The notes: generated by a model not told the origin, from the sequence alone. 64,000 bases of DNA from an uncultured Alistipes sp. (GCA_910587675.1 CAJUMU010000006.1:1741-65740), one strand, 5' to 3'. Positions 1 through 9,268 are shown, counted from the stretch's first letter. Numbers and translations: made by a program.

Positions 1-302
1 TCCAGCACCCCGTAGCGGGCACCTACAAGAAAGAGCGCGTGCTGGCCGGCAAGAAGTACTTCTCGGTGGCATCGGGCGGCGGCACGGGCCGTACCCTCCA
101 CCCCGACAACATGGCGGCGGGTCCCGCTTCTTACGGTATGACCGATACGCTGGGCCGCATGCACTCGGACGCTCAGTTCGCAGGTTCGTCGTCGGTTCCC
201 GCACACGTGGAGATGATGGGCTTCCTCGGCATGGGCAACAACCCGATGGTGGGCGCTACCGTCGCCGTAGCGGTTGCCATTCAGCAGGCCATGACGAAGT
301 AA
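1..302 (+). CDS. GGGtGRT family protein, C-terminal fragment (5' end upstream of window)
   Basis: Frame 3 is open from the window edge to TAA at 300-302. Contains the family-defining ASGGGTGRTLHPDNMAAGPASYGMTD segment. Confidence 0.8.
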   Translation, partial: QHPVAGTYKKERVLAGKKYFSVASGGGTGRTLHPDNMAAGPASYGMTDTLGRMHSDAQFAGSSSVPAHVEMMGFLGMGNNPMVGATVAVAVAIQQAMTK

Positions 303-324
303 TTCTTCGGAATATCGATAAACG

Positions 325-360
325 AATCGGCCGTCCTATAAAGGGCGGCCGATTTTTTGT
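325..360 (+). terminator. Rho-independent terminator after the GGGtGRT gene
   Basis: Stem AATCGGCCG (325-333) / CGGCCGATT (346-354) followed by a T-run (353-359). Confidence 0.6.
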
Positions 361-382
361 GTTTGTCGGGCCGCAGCTTGCT

Positions 383-471
383 GTTCGCCGACGGCGGAGG
401 ACGAAACGAGCCTCGCGAGTTGCAGTCCGCCGCAGTGGGGCGGCGGCGAACTGCGCGACTCAAAGAGTCGC
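383..471 (+). repeat. GC-rich intergenic element family A, copy 1
   Basis: GTTCGCCGACGGCGG...GCAGTCCGCCGCAGTGGGGCGGCGGCGAACTGC, then hairpin GCGACTC-AAA-GAGTCGC (455-471). Shares blocks with copies at 9965, 41062, 51559 and 54295. Confidence 0.8.
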
Positions 472-785
472 AATAATTCATAAAACAGGCGTAACGCCTG
501 CGGCCCACGCGATTCTCCGAACTGCATTGCTGACGCATGTATATTACATAAAAACATTTCATACGGGCCGCAAAATCGCGATTCGGGCCGCAAATCGATT
601 CCGCGTCGGAAATGGCACGCGCTTTGCAACATGATAGGACAACTGCGGCAGGTTAACACCGCCGTAGCGAGGTTTCTTCATTTATTTAAGTTTGGGTTAG
701 TAGTTTATGGAACGTCTTGTTCCGAGGGTAGGCGGCAATCGTGAGATTCCCGCCTATTTCTTTTTTCGTCCCCGCTCGGAGCGTC

Positions 786-3236
786 CTACTCGAAACGCTC
801 GCGCATAAGCCAGCGCACGGCGTTATATATAAGATAATTTTGCGTCGGATCGACGAATATACGCTCGCCGTGACCCATATTCATGTATACCATATTGTAA
901 TCGGTATTGCTCCACACCACGGGGAAATCGCCGTCGGTCACTGTGTCCTTGAACCCCAAAGGGTAATTCTCGGGCGCGAGCGTGACGAGCACTTTCACGT
1001 TGTCGCGCTCGCGCGGACTCGGGCTCCACTGATACCACTCGTTCCGGGGCGAGATGTACGACTCGGGCATCGCTTTCGTAACGGGATGCGACGGATCGTC
1101 GATCGTTAGCTTAGCCGACTGCGGCGGCCAGTTGTTGCGGTGGAACACCCCGCCACCCAGAAAATCGACGAACCACGGCCACTTAGTACTGCCGTCGTTA
1201 TAGGCCGCCGCATGAAACCCGAGCCACGCGCCGCCGTTCTCCATATACCGTCGGAACGCCTCGCGCTGCTCGGGCGAATGGCCGGGATTGTCGTTTAATG
1301 ATATCACCAGATGATACGACCGCAGCTTTTCGTCGTTGAAATCGCCTATGTCGTCGGTCACATCCACCACCATTCCGTCGCCGATGGTCATGTCGCGGAA
1401 AAACCGCACGCCGTCGTGCGCGAAGCGGCGGTGCGCCTCCTCCACGCGGTCGTTATAATGCACCAACACCCGAAACCGCGGGAACCAGTCGGCGGGTCCC
1501 GCCGCCCACGTCAGGGCATTGGCGAACATCTTCGTAAAATTCCCGTTGCGCATTAGTTCGGCATCGTGCCCCATAAGGAAGTATACGTTTCGTCCCTTTA
1601 CCCGCGGATTGGTCCACACCACGGGATGGTCGCCCATCTTCACCTCCGAAGCGGGCGCATAGCTCGCTTCGTCGACATGCGCCAGCACCTCCACTCTGCC
1701 GCGCGGCGAACGGTCGAACGTGTACCACTCCTCGCGCACGACGTCGAACGACGGGTCGACGTCCTTCATCACGGGATGATCGCGTCTCTCGACCGCCACC
1801 CGTCCCGAAGCCGTAGACGCGATATAGTTTTCGAAACGGATTCCGCCCATGTAGTCCGAAAACCAGTCCCACATCCCGAACCCGTCGAACTCGCCGAGAA
1901 GAGCGGCATGATGAAAGCCCACCCAACCTATCGTGCCGTCGAACAAAGCCCGTTCGAGAGCCGCTTCGGCGGTATCGGTCCAATTATACGGCGGATAATC
2001 CAATTGCACGAAGACGTTGTGCCGCGCGAGAAACTCGTCATCGATCTTCTTCGTGTCGTGTATCTCTGTCAAAGCGAACCCGTTGTCGGCGGCGAACATC
2101 TCCAACCACTTCATGGCGGCATCGGTGAAACCGCCGTGCTGCCCGCCGCGCTCGGTCAACACCAAAATGCGCCGCTGCACGGAATCCGTATCGGTTTTCG
2201 CACCGCCCTCACCCAAAATACCGTCGCGAACCGCGCGTCGCATGTCGCCGCTGTCGTTATCGCCCGCATAATCCCAATACATCGCGCCGCGCAACCCCAT
2301 AGAGCGGATATAGTCGCACTTGACGGCAATCGACCGCGGATTCTCGAAACCCGGCACGAGCTCGCCCGTCTGTCTGTCGGCCAGATACGGAACCTTCGCC
2401 GCATCGTCCCAACGCTCCGCGAACTCCTCCGAAGGACGTATCGTGCGGTAATCGGCGAAATCGGAGTAACGCTCGCCGCCGCGACCGTAAAAAGGCAGTC
2501 CCATCACCAATTCGGAAGCGGGAACGCCCGCCGCGAGGTGCGCCTCCACCGCCCCCGAAGCGGTCATGTAGCCGCTGTTGGCCGAGGGATAGAGCGCAGC
2601 ATGATGTTTGGGCGCCCGCCCCATGTCGTAGGCCATGATGTTCACGAAATCGAGATAAGGCATCACGGCACGGAAATCGATATACCGCGCGTCGCACACC
2701 GTAGCTATGGTCAGAAGATATTTTTTACCCAATGCCTTGCGCAGATCGCGCATCAGAAGCGTAAAGTTAGCCGTGTCCCCCGTCGACGCCGATATTCCCG
2801 CGGCCGAACTGGTGGGATATTCCCAATCGATGTCGATGCCGTCGAGTCCGAACGCCTCGACCAGAAAACGGCAATGAGCGGCGAAACACCACCGCCAATC
2901 CTTGTTGGCCGCCATTTCGCTGAAGCCGCCGCTGCCCCATCCTCCCACGGAGAGCAGCACCTTGAGCGACGGATTGACCTTTTTCAACGCCACGATGCTC
3001 CGCAAGCGCTCCTCGTTGTCGATGCGCACGCCGTCGTGGGTGTCGTTCACATGGCCGAAAGCATAGTTTATGTGGGTCACGGCCGCGGGATCGGGCATAA
3101 CGTCGCTCCACGAAGTGACATAGGCGACGACGACCCTGTCGGCCGCGCCCCGCTTCTTCTTGCCGCCGAAAACGGCCGTACAGCAGACGATCATCGCGGC
3201 GCAGAGGATCGTCTTAACGACATCATAAGGTTTCAT
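786..3236 (-). CDS. Secreted GH18 glycoside hydrolase fused to two ThuA-like domains
   Basis: 816 aa with a hydrophobic N-terminus. GH18 catalytic motif DGIDIDWEYP (DxxDxDxE) is present. Two C-terminal repeats resemble the ThuA/trehalose-utilisation fold (..IGWVGFHHAALL.., ..GAWLGFHAAAYN..). ATG at 3234-3236. Confidence 0.8.
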   Translation of the reverse strand: MKPYDVVKTILCAAMIVCCTAVFGGKKKRGAADRVVVAYVTSWSDVMPDPAAVTHINYAFGHVNDTHDGVRIDNEERLRSIVALKKVNPSLKVLLSVGGWGSGGFSEMAANKDWRWCFAAHCRFLVEAFGLDGIDIDWEYPTSSAAGISASTGDTANFTLLMRDLRKALGKKYLLTIATVCDARYIDFRAVMPYLDFVNIMAYDMGRAPKHHAALYPSANSGYMTASGAVEAHLAAGVPASELVMGLPFYGRGGERYSDFADYRTIRPSEEFAERWDDAAKVPYLADRQTGELVPGFENPRSIAVKCDYIRSMGLRGAMYWDYAGDNDSGDMRRAVRDGILGEGGAKTDTDSVQRRILVLTERGGQHGGFTDAAMKWLEMFAADNGFALTEIHDTKKIDDEFLARHNVFVQLDYPPYNWTDTAEAALERALFDGTIGWVGFHHAALLGEFDGFGMWDWFSDYMGGIRFENYIASTASGRVAVERRDHPVMKDVDPSFDVVREEWYTFDRSPRGRVEVLAHVDEASYAPASEVKMGDHPVVWTNPRVKGRNVYFLMGHDAELMRNGNFTKMFANALTWAAGPADWFPRFRVLVHYNDRVEEAHRRFAHDGVRFFRDMTIGDGMVVDVTDDIGDFNDEKLRSYHLVISLNDNPGHSPEQREAFRRYMENGGAWLGFHAAAYNDGSTKWPWFVDFLGGGVFHRNNWPPQSAKLTIDDPSHPVTKAMPESYISPRNEWYQWSPSPRERDNVKVLVTLAPENYPLGFKDTVTDGDFPVVWSNTDYNMVYMNMGHGERIFVDPTQNYLIYNAVRWLMRERFE

Positions 3237-3261
3237 AGGTCAGCATGTATTCGTTATCTCA

Positions 3262-3269
3262 CAAATATA
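3262..3269 (-). promoter_or_regulatory. Candidate -7 box (TATATTTG on minus strand) for the GH18 gene
   Basis: Plus-strand CAAATATA matches the Bacteroides TAnnTTTG -7 consensus. No clean -33 TTTG. Confidence 0.35.
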
Positions 3270-3304
3270 CGCACTATTACCGAATTAAACAATGCGCTAA
3301 CCCC

Positions 3305-3339
3305 GAAAAAAGAGTCCGTCGCGGGATGGCGACGGACTG
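3305..3339 (-). terminator. Rho-independent terminator after the PepSY-like gene
   Basis: Stem GAGTCCGTCGC / GCGACGGACT, with a T-run on the minus strand (plus-strand AAAAAA at 3306-3311). Confidence 0.6.
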
Positions 3340-3361
3340 CGACAGAAATAAAAAGAACGGG

Positions 3362-3808
3362 CTATTTATCGATGCTCGTAAATTCGCCCTTGCGGTCGAA
3401 CTTCAGTTTCACGTCGTTCGACAACTCGATCTCGTATCCGCGCAAATCGCGGTCGATCTCCACGATGCGCGAATCGGGATACTTTTCGGTAACGTACGAC
3501 GCGATCTTCGCGGGAACGATGGCGGCGGGAACCTGCGAATCCTTGCACTCCACGTCGTCCCACTCGCCGTTGTGGCGGAACGATATCTCGGCGCCGTCGA
3601 CGAAACGCACGTCGTAATCGCCGCCGAGCCAATCGGTATCCTGCCTTACGGACGACACCACCTTATCGCCGAAATGCTGTTTGATGAACTGTTGCGCCTT
3701 TTCGGGCAACTTGTCGAAACTTATCGTGCGGTCGTCGCCCGCAAAGGCCGTCGCCGATACAAAGGCCGCAAACAACGCCGCCGTCGCAAATAAAACAATC
3801 TTTTTCAT
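3362..3808 (-). CDS. PepSY-like (putative beta-lactamase-inhibitor-like) periplasmic protein
   Basis: Signal peptide MKKIVLFATAALFAAFVSATAFA. Two-repeat architecture typical of the PepSY-like/DUF2874 family. ATG at 3808 preferred over the GTG at 3817 used by the ORF track. Confidence 0.7.
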   Translation of the reverse strand: MKKIVLFATAALFAAFVSATAFAGDDRTISFDKLPEKAQQFIKQHFGDKVVSSVRQDTDWLGGDYDVRFVDGAEISFRHNGEWDDVECKDSQVPAAIVPAKIASYVTEKYPDSRIVEIDRDLRGYEIELSNDVKLKFDRKGEFTSIDK

Positions 3809-3912
3809 AATGGTCACGTTTTTAGATTAACGGAACTAATGATGCAAAAATGTTACCGATTATGAAAAAACCATACGTAATATTTATGCCGCGCGGGGCG
3901 GCGGCTAACCGC

Positions 3913-5475
3913 CTACTCCATGCTTACGACCATATACCCGCCCACTCGGCGCATCTCGCGACCCGCGACCAGACCGCGCATCGCCTCGTCGCGCTCCAGC
4001 CTGCGTTCGGGCAGTATCAACACTCCCGCCGCGCATCGGCCCGCGACCGCCTCGTCGGTCTCGACCTCGACCACATCCTCGCCCAAGTAGACGTCCATGC
4101 TCTCGGGACGGTGCATGCGCCACACGTAATATCCCGACAACCCCTTTTCCGCCGCGACCTCCTCGGCCGCACGGCAAACGCTGGCGTAACCTATCTCGTC
4201 GTTCATCCGCGGCAAAGCCAATCCTCCGACGAACACCGCGGCCATCAAACCCGCAACCAGTATGTTTATCGATTCATACGGGAAATCGCCGCGACGCAAA
4301 CGCGCCAAAGCCCACGCGCCCGACAGAGAGAGCACGCCTCCCGCCGCCACGCACCAACCGTTGCGCACGATCTCCACGTCGAACGCATACCCCGCCGCGA
4401 CGACTCCGACAACGCCCGCGCACCACAGAGCCGCAGGCGCCGCCACGGCCGCCGTAATCCATCCATTGCGACGCAGACGGCTCGACACGAGCAACGCCGA
4501 ATAGACGAAAAACGGGAATGTCGGCGCCAGATACACCGCGATCTTCGAGCTGAAAGCCGAAAGCATCGCCAGCGTCGACAATATTATCGCGCCGAAAAAT
4601 TTCTCGAGATCGGTAAGCCGCACCCGCTCGGCAGCGGCCATACCCCACACGCACGCAATCAACAGCGACCACGGCGCGAGCGAGTACCACATGGTAATCA
4701 AGTAGTAATATACGGGAGCCTTGTGATGGAACGCATCCACCGCGCGGTCGATGGTCTGGTGAAACAGCAAGTTATTGAGGTACTCCGTGCCTCCGTCGCG
4801 CCACACCATGAAGAACCACAGCGCGCACCCCGCCGACAGTATCGCCCAGCTCCGCAGACCCCAGTACCGCCCCAACGTGCGCAACCGCTTGGTCACGGCC
4901 AGAAACACGACGGTCGACAACAAAGGCACCAACACCCCCACGGGCCCCTTCGTAAAGAGAGCCGCGAAGACAAAGACGGGGAACAGGGTGCGGTCGCGCG
5001 ACGACCCGCCGTCGGGCGAAGAGTATATGCGCCAAAAGGTATGCAACGCCAGCGTGATGAACATGCACATGAGCATATCCATGCGAAGGAACACCGCGAG
5101 GCCCAAGAAGAGCGCGCTGCTCATAAGCATCATCGCGCCGCAGAAACGCGCCCGCTCGTCCAGCTCGGAGCGCACCCAGCGATCCATCGTGCGCAATATG
5201 ACCATAGCGGGCACGAAAGAGAACAACGCCAAGAACCACATGCGATGGCCGCCGAAAAGCGTCTTGCCCAACATTACTATCCACAGATAGAGGGGCGGTT
5301 TGTCGGCATAGGGCTCGCCCTGATTGGTGAATGCGAAAAAGCGGCCGTCGCGCGACGCCTCGTCGGCTATGCTCAGATAGCGCAATTCGTTAGACGGCGT
5401 GAAGTCGCGCAACACCATCACCGGCAGCAAAGCCAGCAGGAAAACATACGGCAGATAGCGGAGTCTATTCTTCAT
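3913..5475 (-). CDS. GT-C fold glycosyltransferase family 39 (ArnT-like, polyprenyl-phosphate-sugar dependent)
   Basis: 520-aa polytopic membrane protein. N-terminal ..YADKPPLYLW.. loop motif typical of ArnT/PMT-like transferases. Overlaps the upstream gene by 11 nt. Confidence 0.8.
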   Translation of the reverse strand: MKNRLRYLPYVFLLALLPVMVLRDFTPSNELRYLSIADEASRDGRFFAFTNQGEPYADKPPLYLWIVMLGKTLFGGHRMWFLALFSFVPAMVILRTMDRWVRSELDERARFCGAMMLMSSALFLGLAVFLRMDMLMCMFITLALHTFWRIYSSPDGGSSRDRTLFPVFVFAALFTKGPVGVLVPLLSTVVFLAVTKRLRTLGRYWGLRSWAILSAGCALWFFMVWRDGGTEYLNNLLFHQTIDRAVDAFHHKAPVYYYLITMWYSLAPWSLLIACVWGMAAAERVRLTDLEKFFGAIILSTLAMLSAFSSKIAVYLAPTFPFFVYSALLVSSRLRRNGWITAAVAAPAALWCAGVVGVVAAGYAFDVEIVRNGWCVAAGGVLSLSGAWALARLRRGDFPYESINILVAGLMAAVFVGGLALPRMNDEIGYASVCRAAEEVAAEKGLSGYYVWRMHRPESMDVYLGEDVVEVETDEAVAGRCAAGVLILPERRLERDEAMRGLVAGREMRRVGGYMVVSME

Positions 5476-6088
5476 TGCAAACGTTTTTTCTTCCGATCAG
5501 CAGATTGCGGGTATAGGCGACGAAGCCGACCGACTGCCCGAGGATAAGCACGGGATCGAGGCGTATCGCGCCGTAAATGACGATCATCGACGAACCCAAG
5601 AGGCTCAGCCCCCAGAATCCCGACGGCAGAACCGACTCGTGGCGTCGCGCCGAATAATACAGTTGATAAACGAAACGCAGCGAGAAGATCAACTGCCCCG
5701 CCGAGCCGAACAGCAGCAACCAAAGCGGGACGCTCTCGTTCTGCATGAAGGTGTCGAAGAAGTGCGCCGCGTTGCGCGCTATGCCTGCCAATGCCGCCAC
5801 GGGCGTAAACAGCAGCACGGTCCGCAGGATAGCCGACAAACGCGGCCATATCCCCTTGGCGTTCAGATTCCAAAGATAGATGTAGTAAGAGACCATCTGT
5901 CCGAGGATGATGGCGAAATCGTCGCGCAGCCATCCGTACACGAACAGCAGATATGAGCCCGCAAGGCTGCACACCCAATAGGCCGTCGGCGACACCACCC
6001 GTTTGGCCCGCTCGGATAGGATCCACTGAATCAGAATGCGCGCCGAGAAAAAGGCTTGCGCCAAGAAACCTATGGCATACACCCACAT
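5465..6088 (-). CDS. Lipid A biosynthesis N-terminal (LAB_N) domain membrane protein, two repeats
   Basis: About 207 aa and all-helical, with a duplicated ..FF.aR.liQW..SE..k.s..P..FW.. pattern. ATG at 6088; the alternative GTG at 6094 abuts the upstream stop. Confidence 0.7.
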   Translation of the reverse strand: MWVYAIGFLAQAFFSARILIQWILSERAKRVVSPTAYWVCSLAGSYLLFVYGWLRDDFAIILGQMVSYYIYLWNLNAKGIWPRLSAILRTVLLFTPVAALAGIARNAAHFFDTFMQNESVPLWLLLFGSAGQLIFSLRFVYQLYYSARRHESVLPSGFWGLSLLGSSMIVIYGAIRLDPVLILGQSVGFVAYTRNLLIGRKNVCNEE

Positions 6089-6094
6089 AGGCAC

Positions 6095-6844
6095 TTACAG
6101 ATTATGTTCCGCCACCCGATAATTGATGGCGCGTTTCTTCATCCACCGATAGGCGAAGCAATCCATGAACGGCGACACCAGTCGGTTCCAAAGATGGAAC
6201 TTCGACTCTCCCGCCGTGCGGGGAAAGTGGCGCACGGGGAGCTCCTTGTAACGCGCCCCATCCTGCAATAGGATCAACGCGGGCAGAAAACGGTGCATAC
6301 CCTTGAAGAAGGGCACGCGCTTGGCCGCCGCGCTCTGCATCACCTTGAGCGGACACCCCGTGTCGGTGGCGCCGTCGCCCGTCATCGCGCGACGGAAACC
6401 GTTGGCGATCTTCGATTGCAGACGCTTGAAAAAGGTATCCTTGCGGGCGGCACGGATTCCCGTCACCAATTGGTATTCGTCGGCGTAAGGGAGCAGCAAG
6501 TCGAAATCCTCGGGCGAGGTTTGCAGATCAGCGTCGATATACCCCACCAAAGGCGAGCAGACGTAATCGATACCCGCCTTGATAGCCGCGCTGAGTCCCG
6601 CATTGCGCTCGAACGATATGTAATAGAAGTCGTCGCGTGCGGCGCAGATGCGCTCCAGAGCCTCGCGGCTGCCGTCGGTCGAACCGTCGTTGACGAACAG
6701 CACGCACGTCTCGACGGGCGCCGCCGCGAGATAGCGGCCGAAAGTCTCCTCCAGACGGTCGATATTCTCCGCCTCGTTGTAGACGGGAACCACGACCGTG
6801 AATCGGTATTGCGATGTTTTATTCATTCGATGGATTGTTTTCAT
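6095..6844 (-). CDS. GT2 polyprenol-phosphate glycosyltransferase (ArnC/DPM1-like)
   Basis: VVVPVYNEAENI, NDGSTDGS and DADLQ motifs of GT-A family 2. ATGA overlap with the upstream epimerase stop. Confidence 0.8.
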   Translation of the reverse strand: MKTIHRMNKTSQYRFTVVVPVYNEAENIDRLEETFGRYLAAAPVETCVLFVNDGSTDGSREALERICAARDDFYYISFERNAGLSAAIKAGIDYVCSPLVGYIDADLQTSPEDFDLLLPYADEYQLVTGIRAARKDTFFKRLQSKIANGFRRAMTGDGATDTGCPLKVMQSAAAKRVPFFKGMHRFLPALILLQDGARYKELPVRHFPRTAGESKFHLWNRLVSPFMDCFAYRWMKKRAINYRVAEHNL

Positions 6845-7863
6845 AAATTTTCACGCAGCGGGTTCTCCGCCGACACATACCACTCCGCGAAGCGTTCGAT
6901 ACCCTCTTCGAGCCGCGTAGAGGGGGCGTAACCGATACGCGAGCGCAGACGGCTCGTGTCGGCCCACGTGCGCACCACGTCGCCGCTCTGCATGGGCATC
7001 ATGCGAAGCTCGGCCTTGCGTCCCAAAGCGCTCTCCAGCGCGGCGATGAAGTCCATGAGCCGCATCGGACGGCCGCAGCCGACATTATATATCGTCGTCG
7101 GCACGTCGCCATCGGGGGTTTTGTCGATAAGACGCGCCACGCTCCGCACTATGTCGTCCACATATGTGAAATCGCGCTCCATGTCGCCGCCATTGAAGAC
7201 CTTCAGCGGCTCGCCCGCCATGATAGCGCGCGCGAAGAGCATGGGAGCCATGTCGGGACGTCCCCAAGGTCCGTAAACGGTGAAGAACCGAAGTCCCGAC
7301 GAAGGGACGCCGAACAGACGGGCATAAACTCCCGCCATGAGTTCGTCGCTGCGCTTGGTGGCGGCATAGAGCGACACGGGGTTGTCGACGGCATCCTCCT
7401 CGCTGAAAGGCACCTTCGTATTGCCGCCGTAAACGGAACTCGACGAGGCGTACAACAGATGCCGCACGGGATATCGGCGGCAGCACTCCAGCACGTTGAG
7501 AAATCCCGACACGTTGCTGTCGACATAGGCGCGCGGGTTCTCCAGCGAATAGCGCACTCCCGCCTGCGCCGCGAGGTTGACCACCACGTCGAAGCGCCGC
7601 TCCGAAAAGAGGCGATCCATACCCTCGGCATCCTCCAGACGCATTCGCAGAAAGTCGAACGACGGATATTTCGCGCTGCGACGGGCCGCGCCCTCCGCCG
7701 CATCGTCCCCGACGCCCAGATCAGCGAGTCGGGCGCGCTTCAGGCGCACGTCGTAATAGTCGTTGACCGAATCGATTCCCGTGACCTCGCATCCTGCCTG
7801 CAAAAGGTTGAGGCACAGATGATGGCCGATAAATCCGGCAGCTCCCGTAACGAGTATCTTCAT
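6841..7863 (-). CDS. NAD-dependent epimerase, UDP-glucuronate 4-epimerase-like
   Basis: GAAGFIG Rossmann motif, YAATK catalytic motif, and the FFTVYGPWGRPDMA block I associate with the UDP-GlcA 4-epimerase (GAE/LpsL/Cap1J) family. Confidence 0.75.
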   Translation of the reverse strand: MKILVTGAAGFIGHHLCLNLLQAGCEVTGIDSVNDYYDVRLKRARLADLGVGDDAAEGAARRSAKYPSFDFLRMRLEDAEGMDRLFSERRFDVVVNLAAQAGVRYSLENPRAYVDSNVSGFLNVLECCRRYPVRHLLYASSSSVYGGNTKVPFSEEDAVDNPVSLYAATKRSDELMAGVYARLFGVPSSGLRFFTVYGPWGRPDMAPMLFARAIMAGEPLKVFNGGDMERDFTYVDDIVRSVARLIDKTPDGDVPTTIYNVGCGRPMRLMDFIAALESALGRKAELRMMPMQSGDVVRTWADTSRLRSRIGYAPSTRLEEGIERFAEWYVSAENPLRENL

Positions 7864-7912
7864 ATTCTGTTTTTTCGGTAATAAACTCTTTTTCTTGTCG
7901 CCCTATCGGAGG

Positions 7913-7920
7913 CAAAATTA
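7913..7920 (-). promoter_or_regulatory. Candidate -7 box (TAATTTTG on minus strand) for the epimerase-GT2-LAB_N-GT39 operon
   Basis: Plus-strand CAAAATTA lies about 50 nt upstream of the ATG at 7863. The -33 is weak. Confidence 0.35.
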
Positions 7921-7982
7921 ACTTTTTTCGTGCGATTATCATAACAAACCGAGCACAAAAATCTCCGACGAGCCTTTTCGGG

Positions 7983-8019
7983 CAAAAACAAAGGCGGGTC
8001 GCGCCGAGTGCGACCCGCC
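7983..8019 (-). terminator. Rho-independent terminator after the permease-HMA gene
   Basis: Stem GGCGGGTCGC (7993-8002) / GCGACCCGCC (8010-8019), then a T-rich run on the minus strand. Confidence 0.65.
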
Positions 8020-8038
8020 CGAAATCGATATCGCGGCG

Positions 8039-9268
8039 TTACTCCGAATATTCGTAACCGAGCGCTTCTATCGTCCCGATTATATCGGCTGCGCGAGCGT
8101 CGCCCTCCACGTAAGCCGCACCCTCGGCCAGATCGACCCGCACGGCGGCAACGCCCTCGACCGACGCCAGAGCCTTCTCGACGTTGTTCTTGCAGTGGTT
8201 GCAAATCATTCCCCCGATTCTGTAAACTCTCTCCGTTTTCATCTCTTTTTTCTTAGGTTTTACATATTTCATTATTACGGCCGCCGCGAGCAGGCAACCC
8301 AGCAACACGCTCGACGCCGTTTTCACGAATCCCGCATCGGAAACGCCGCAGCAGGCCGCCGTATGCTCCGAATATGCGAGCGGAAACCACTCGGCGGGCA
8401 GAAGATAATCGGTCAGCAGTCCGAAACCCACGGCTCCCGCCACGATAGCGGTCAGATATACGAACATCGTCTTGCGCCCCAGCACCTTGCCTATGACCAT
8501 AATAGCCGCGGTATTGGTCGCGGGGCCAGCCATGAGCAGCACCAAAGCCGCCCCGGGCGACAACCCTTTGAGCATGAGCGCGGCGGCGATGGGGATTGAT
8601 CCCGTGGCGCACAGATACATAGGCACCGACAGAGCCAGCACCAGCAACATGTTGGCCAAGGGGAACTCGCTGAAAGCGGCGAAGAAGTCGTCGGGCAGGA
8701 AAACGGTTATGAACCCCGCGATCGCCAGCCCGACAACGAGCCAACGACCTATGTCCTGCACCATATCGACGAACCCGTAACGCAACGCCTCGCGGCACTT
8801 GCCCCAAAACGAAAGACGCCGCATCGGTGCGTTATCGGCCGACGCAACATCGTCCGTTTTTCCGTCGCCCGCCATCGCGCCGACCGCGACGCCTCCCGCC
8901 AAGGCCGTCACAAAAGCCGCGACGGGGCGGAGCAATGCGAACGGGAGCCCCAACAGCGAACCCGTGGCGAGGATGGAATCCGCGCCCGTCTGCGGAGTGG
9001 ATATCAAAAACGACACGGTGGCGGCCCGCGACGCCCCCTCGCGGCGCATCGACATGGCGGCGGGGATCACGCCGCACGAGCACAGCGGCAACGGCACTCC
9101 GAAAAGAGCGGCATAAGCCACCGAACGGAAATCGTTGCCCGCGAGATATTTGGAATATACGCCCCGCGGCACGAAAGCGTGCAGGACGCCCGCGACGAGA
9201 AACCCCAGCAACAGATAGGGCGACATTTCGTTCAGAAGTCGTATGAACGGATAAACGTATTCTTGCAT
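8039..9268 (-). CDS. Permease (SO_0444-type putative Cu/Zn efflux transporter) with C-terminal heavy-metal-associated domain
   Basis: 409 aa. Polytopic permease with conserved CSCG and similar motifs, plus a C-terminal HMA fold with GMICNHCKNNVEKAL. Confidence 0.75.
   Translation of the reverse strand: MQEYVYPFIRLLNEMSPYLLLGFLVAGVLHAFVPRGVYSKYLAGNDFRSVAYAALFGVPLPLCSCGVIPAAMSMRREGASRAATVSFLISTPQTGADSILATGSLLGLPFALLRPVAAFVTALAGGVAVGAMAGDGKTDDVASADNAPMRRLSFWGKCREALRYGFVDMVQDIGRWLVVGLAIAGFITVFLPDDFFAAFSEFPLANMLLVLALSVPMYLCATGSIPIAAALMLKGLSPGAALVLLMAGPATNTAAIMVIGKVLGRKTMFVYLTAIVAGAVGFGLLTDYLLPAEWFPLAYSEHTAACCGVSDAGFVKTASSVLLGCLLAAAVIMKYVKPKKKEMKTERVYRIGGMICNHCKNNVEKALASVEGVAAVRVDLAEGAAYVEGDARAADIIGTIEALGYEYSE

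Noticed and set aside
564-600. Tandem direct repeat CGGGCCGCAAAATCGCGATT / CGGGCCGCAAATCGATT
   Set aside because: There are only two short imperfect units, with no neighbouring gene start to regulate. That is too little to call a regulatory site or a repeat family.
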